In this document: positions 61,337 to 64,000 of the stretch, piece by piece
How positions within the stretch are numbered: the first letter of the stretch is position 1
Layout: the number at the start of each line of letters is the position of its first letter
Assembly (NCBI GenBank): GCA_963666355.2
Contig: CAXXCP010000002.1
Location: forward strand, 18,101-82,100
Source of the DNA: an uncultured Methanoregula sp.
Lineage (GTDB): Archaea > Halobacteriota > Methanomicrobia > Methanomicrobiales > Methanospirillaceae
Direction: 5' to 3'
DNA: 64,000 nucleotides
Notes under the pieces: generated by a model
Told to the model about the DNA's origin: nothing
The model's database searches: none
Seen by the model: the letters and a program-made list of their open reading frames with translations, nothing else
Program-made: the position numbers and the translations under genes

Positions 61337-61547
61337 TAAGGATTTACCTCTTTTTCCCTTGGAGTTTTTATATAATTTGTCTCACAATAGTTTAAGTACT
61401 TTCAGCTGATTGCCAGAAGTGGAGCCAGGGCCCGGGGACTGGTGAGGGGGTCGCAAATACTATTCTATCCGGAAAACAACATCTTGATGAAGAAAAACCG
61501 GCACAAAAAAATTCGGGATGCCCCCGCCATCCCGGAGGATTGTTACC

Positions 61548-62402
61548 ATGAGAGTGATCTGTACCGAAAAATCCCAGATTCTTGCAACCCGGCTCGCAAG
61601 AAAACTCCGGCTCCCGTTAGTAGATGTCAAATACTCGCGATTCCCTGATGGAGAGCAGTATCTTGTTTCAGGAGAACTCGATGATGAGACAATTATTGTC
61701 GGCAGCGTGGTGGATAACGATGCTCTTGTCCAGCTCCTCCTCATGATCGATGCATGCGAGGGATCGAAAAATCACCTCGTTCTCCCGTACATGGCCTATG
61801 CCCGCCAGGACAAACGGTTCAAACAGGGCGAACCGATCAGTGCCCGGGCGGTTGCCCGGGTCCTTGGCCACGGTGTAGAGCGGGTGATCACGGTTAATAT
61901 CCACGAACCGGAGGTGCTCAGGTATTTCCCGGCGCCTGCAACGAACATCTCGATTGCAAAAGGAATCGGAGAGTTCATCAAAACCCTGGAACTCGAAGAC
62001 CCCCTCATCCTCTCTCCCGATGACGGGGCGCTTCACTTTGCCCGCGATGTTGCATCCGCAAACGGGTGGGACTACGATCATCTCGAAAAGACCCGGCTGA
62101 GCGGTCTTGAGGTAAAAATGGCGCCCAAACAGTTGTGCGCTGCTTCCCGGTCGGTCATCATCGTCGATGACATTATATCGACCGGGGGCACGATCGCAAC
62201 CGCGGCAGGTATGCTGTACCAGCAGGGTGCAAAAGATGTGTATGCGGCCTGTGCACACGGCGTCTTTACAGGAGGGGCCTACGCACGGCTCATGGCAACC
62301 GGAATCCGGGATGTGATCTGCAGCGATACGATTGAGCGGGGATGCAGCCGGATCTCGGCAGTGGACCAGATCGCAGAAGCGGTCACCAATGCTGACTATT
62401 GA
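61548..62402 (+). CDS. prs: Ribose-phosphate diphosphokinase
   Basis: FPDGE, YARQDKRF..GE, IVDDIISTGGT. Confidence 0.95.
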   Translation: MRVICTEKSQILATRLARKLRLPLVDVKYSRFPDGEQYLVSGELDDETIIVGSVVDNDALVQLLLMIDACEGSKNHLVLPYMAYARQDKRFKQGEPISARAVARVLGHGVERVITVNIHEPEVLRYFPAPATNISIAKGIGEFIKTLELEDPLILSPDDGALHFARDVASANGWDYDHLEKTRLSGLEVKMAPKQLCAASRSVIIVDDIISTGGTIATAAGMLYQQGAKDVYAACAHGVFTGGAYARLMATGIRDVICSDTIERGCSRISAVDQIAEAVTNADY

Positions 62403-63369
62403 TGGTTCATACGGGGAAGGGGGCGGGCAACTTGTCCGGAATGCCGTCGCACTCTCGGCAATTACCGGTGAGCCGGTAACAATAGATCGCATTCGGGCAG
62501 GCCGGGACAAGCCGGGGCTTGCAGCACAGCACCTTGCCGCGGTAAAAGCGGTCATGTGTGCATGCGATGCAGACGTCAATGGGATCTCCCCGGGTTCTTC
62601 TTCCCTGGTATTTGTCCCGGACAAACTGAAGTCCTGCAGCGTTATTGTTGATGTCGGGACCGCCGGGAGTATCCCGCTCGTCATCCAGTCGTGGCTGTCC
62701 GTTGCCCTCCGGGCAGGAGGGAGCCTTCGCGTGACCGGGGGTACTGAAGTGCGACAGAGCCCGACTATCGATTATCTCGAAAATGTTCTGGCAGAAGTAC
62801 TTCGATCTGCGGGTGCGGAGATAACTATTGATATCCTGAAACGGGGATATTACCCGGAAGGGGGAGGTGACGTGCTAATTGACGTAAAGAAACGATCCCT
62901 GTCGCCCATTGAACCAGGATCTATGCAGGAGAGCGGGTGCGGTATCATCTCCTGTTCCTCAAACCTTCCACCCCACGTCGCTGACAGGCATGCATCTTCA
63001 GCTGCCGGATTCCTCAGGAAAGAAGGGATTTCATGTGGGATCTGGATGGATGAACGCATTGGGGCGAGTACGGGGAGTTCCTGCACGATCTGGAGAGGGG
63101 CAAAAGGAGGTACTGCACTCGGGAAACGAGGAGTTCCTGCCGAGAGAATCGGGGAGATTGCAGCAAAAACAGCAGTCAATGAATTTGCAAGCTCGGGGAT
63201 TGTCGATACCCATCTTTCCGATCAGCTGCTGGTGCCGGTTGCACTCTTCGGGGGCACCTATACTGCTGCACACCTCACCTCGCACGCAGAGACCACCCTC
63301 TGGCTCCTGGAAAAATTCGGATTTGACGTGCAGTTCCACCAGGGTTCTGTCGCGGAGTTCTCGGCATGA
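62389..63369 (+). CDS. rtcA: RNA 3'-terminal phosphate cyclase
   Basis: DGSYGEGGGQ, PGL..QH, RGYYPEGGG, DTHLSDQL. Confidence 0.95.
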   Translation: MLTIDGSYGEGGGQLVRNAVALSAITGEPVTIDRIRAGRDKPGLAAQHLAAVKAVMCACDADVNGISPGSSSLVFVPDKLKSCSVIVDVGTAGSIPLVIQSWLSVALRAGGSLRVTGGTEVRQSPTIDYLENVLAEVLRSAGAEITIDILKRGYYPEGGGDVLIDVKKRSLSPIEPGSMQESGCGIISCSSNLPPHVADRHASSAAGFLRKEGISCGIWMDERIGASTGSSCTIWRGAKGGTALGKRGVPAERIGEIAAKTAVNEFASSGIVDTHLSDQLLVPVALFGGTYTAAHLTSHAETTLWLLEKFGFDVQFHQGSVAEFSA

Positions 63370-63821
63370 AAGCGGTTCTTGATGCATCGTTCTTCTTTTA
63401 CGAGATCGAGACAGAGGGAGATATCTACACGACCCCATCCGTCTGCGATGAATTGAAAGATATCCGGTCAAAAGGCCGGTTTGAAAAGTTCTGTGCAACG
63501 GGCCTCCGGGTGGTCTCTCCCGGTCGTGAATACCGGGAAAGAGTCTCCGAAGTGGCAAAAAAGACCGGAGACGCGGGGGTGATCTCGGAAACTGACCGCG
63601 ACCTCCTCGCACTTGCCCTTGAACTTGGCGGGGTGCTCCATACAGATGATTTTGCCATCCAGAACGTTGCGGGAAAACTCGGCATAGAAATCACCCCGCT
63701 CCAGCAGCGCAGGGCCCGGCAGATTGCGTGGAAGTACCGGTGCCGGGGATGCGGCAAATACTTCGACCACGATGGCGAATGCCCCATCTGCGGATCGGAG
63801 ATTAAAAGAAAACTTAAATAG
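63366..63821 (+). CDS. nob1: NOB1 family endonuclease (PIN plus Zn ribbon)
   Basis: [21 protein letters not shown]...CPICG. Confidence 0.92.
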   Translation: MKAVLDASFFFYEIETEGDIYTTPSVCDELKDIRSKGRFEKFCATGLRVVSPGREYRERVSEVAKKTGDAGVISETDRDLLALALELGGVLHTDDFAIQNVAGKLGIEITPLQQRRARQIAWKYRCRGCGKYFDHDGECPICGSEIKRKLK

Positions 63822-63841
63822 ATACCGGCAAATCTTTTTTC

Positions 63842-64000
63842 ATGTCTTCCCTTGACGATCTGATCGGCAGAGCAAAGGTGCTCCTTGCCGAGGGGCACAG
63901 TCCGGGTCAGATTGCCGATGAGCTCTCCCTCTCTATGGAGACCGTCACCTGGCTCCTGACCCAGGCAAAGGGTTCCGCCGCACCAAAAGATGTGCACATC
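63842..64000 (+). CDS. Orotate PRTase-like protein with N-terminal HTH (GfcR family), partial
   Basis: Manual translation [39 protein letters not shown]...PKDVHI. Confidence 0.82.
   Translation, partial: MSSLDDLIGRAKVLLAEGHSPGQIADELSLSMETVTWLLTQAKGSAAPKDVHI

Noticed and set aside
61514-61540. Hairpin CGGGATG/CATCCCG touching the prs SD as a riboswitch
   Set aside because: Single short stem with no aptamer-like features
1-64000. CRISPR array, cas genes or prophage
   Set aside because: No regularly spaced direct repeats and no cas, integrase, capsid or terminase motifs seen

Overview
Archaeal chromosome segment, most likely from a Methanomicrobiales methanogen (Methanoregula-like), judged from tfrAB, rpl37e, Sm, SepF, ZPR1, LonB, NOB1, a GfcR-like gene and an archaeal initiator tRNA. 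Two conserved flanks (1-17.5 kb: redox-stress genes, tfrAB, lysC-purM, Sm-rpl37e-purF; 56.8-64 kb: tldD/pmbA, lonB, prs-rtcA-nob1) enclose a ~39 kb plastic region rich in metal uptake and metallocluster genes. It carries six IS elements: three ISH3-family copies, one IS5-family, one IS481 and one IS110 remnant. Best-supported structural results: (1) an 8.9 kb inversion between two ISH3-type copies that split modC, with the 5-bp target duplication on different copies; (2) a ~200 bp collapsed relic of a second copy of the whole radical SAM/modABC cassette, which confirms the ancestral order; (3) a shared 21-bp operator-like motif ahead of two NifX/MinD/DUF134/Mrp operons. The best candidate for an undescribed system is a cytoplasmic radical SAM enzyme fused to a metal-chelate binding domain, divergent from modA-tsaA-modB-modC. 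Its function is inference only. No CRISPR array or prophage was seen. Family assignments come from motif recognition, not database searches.
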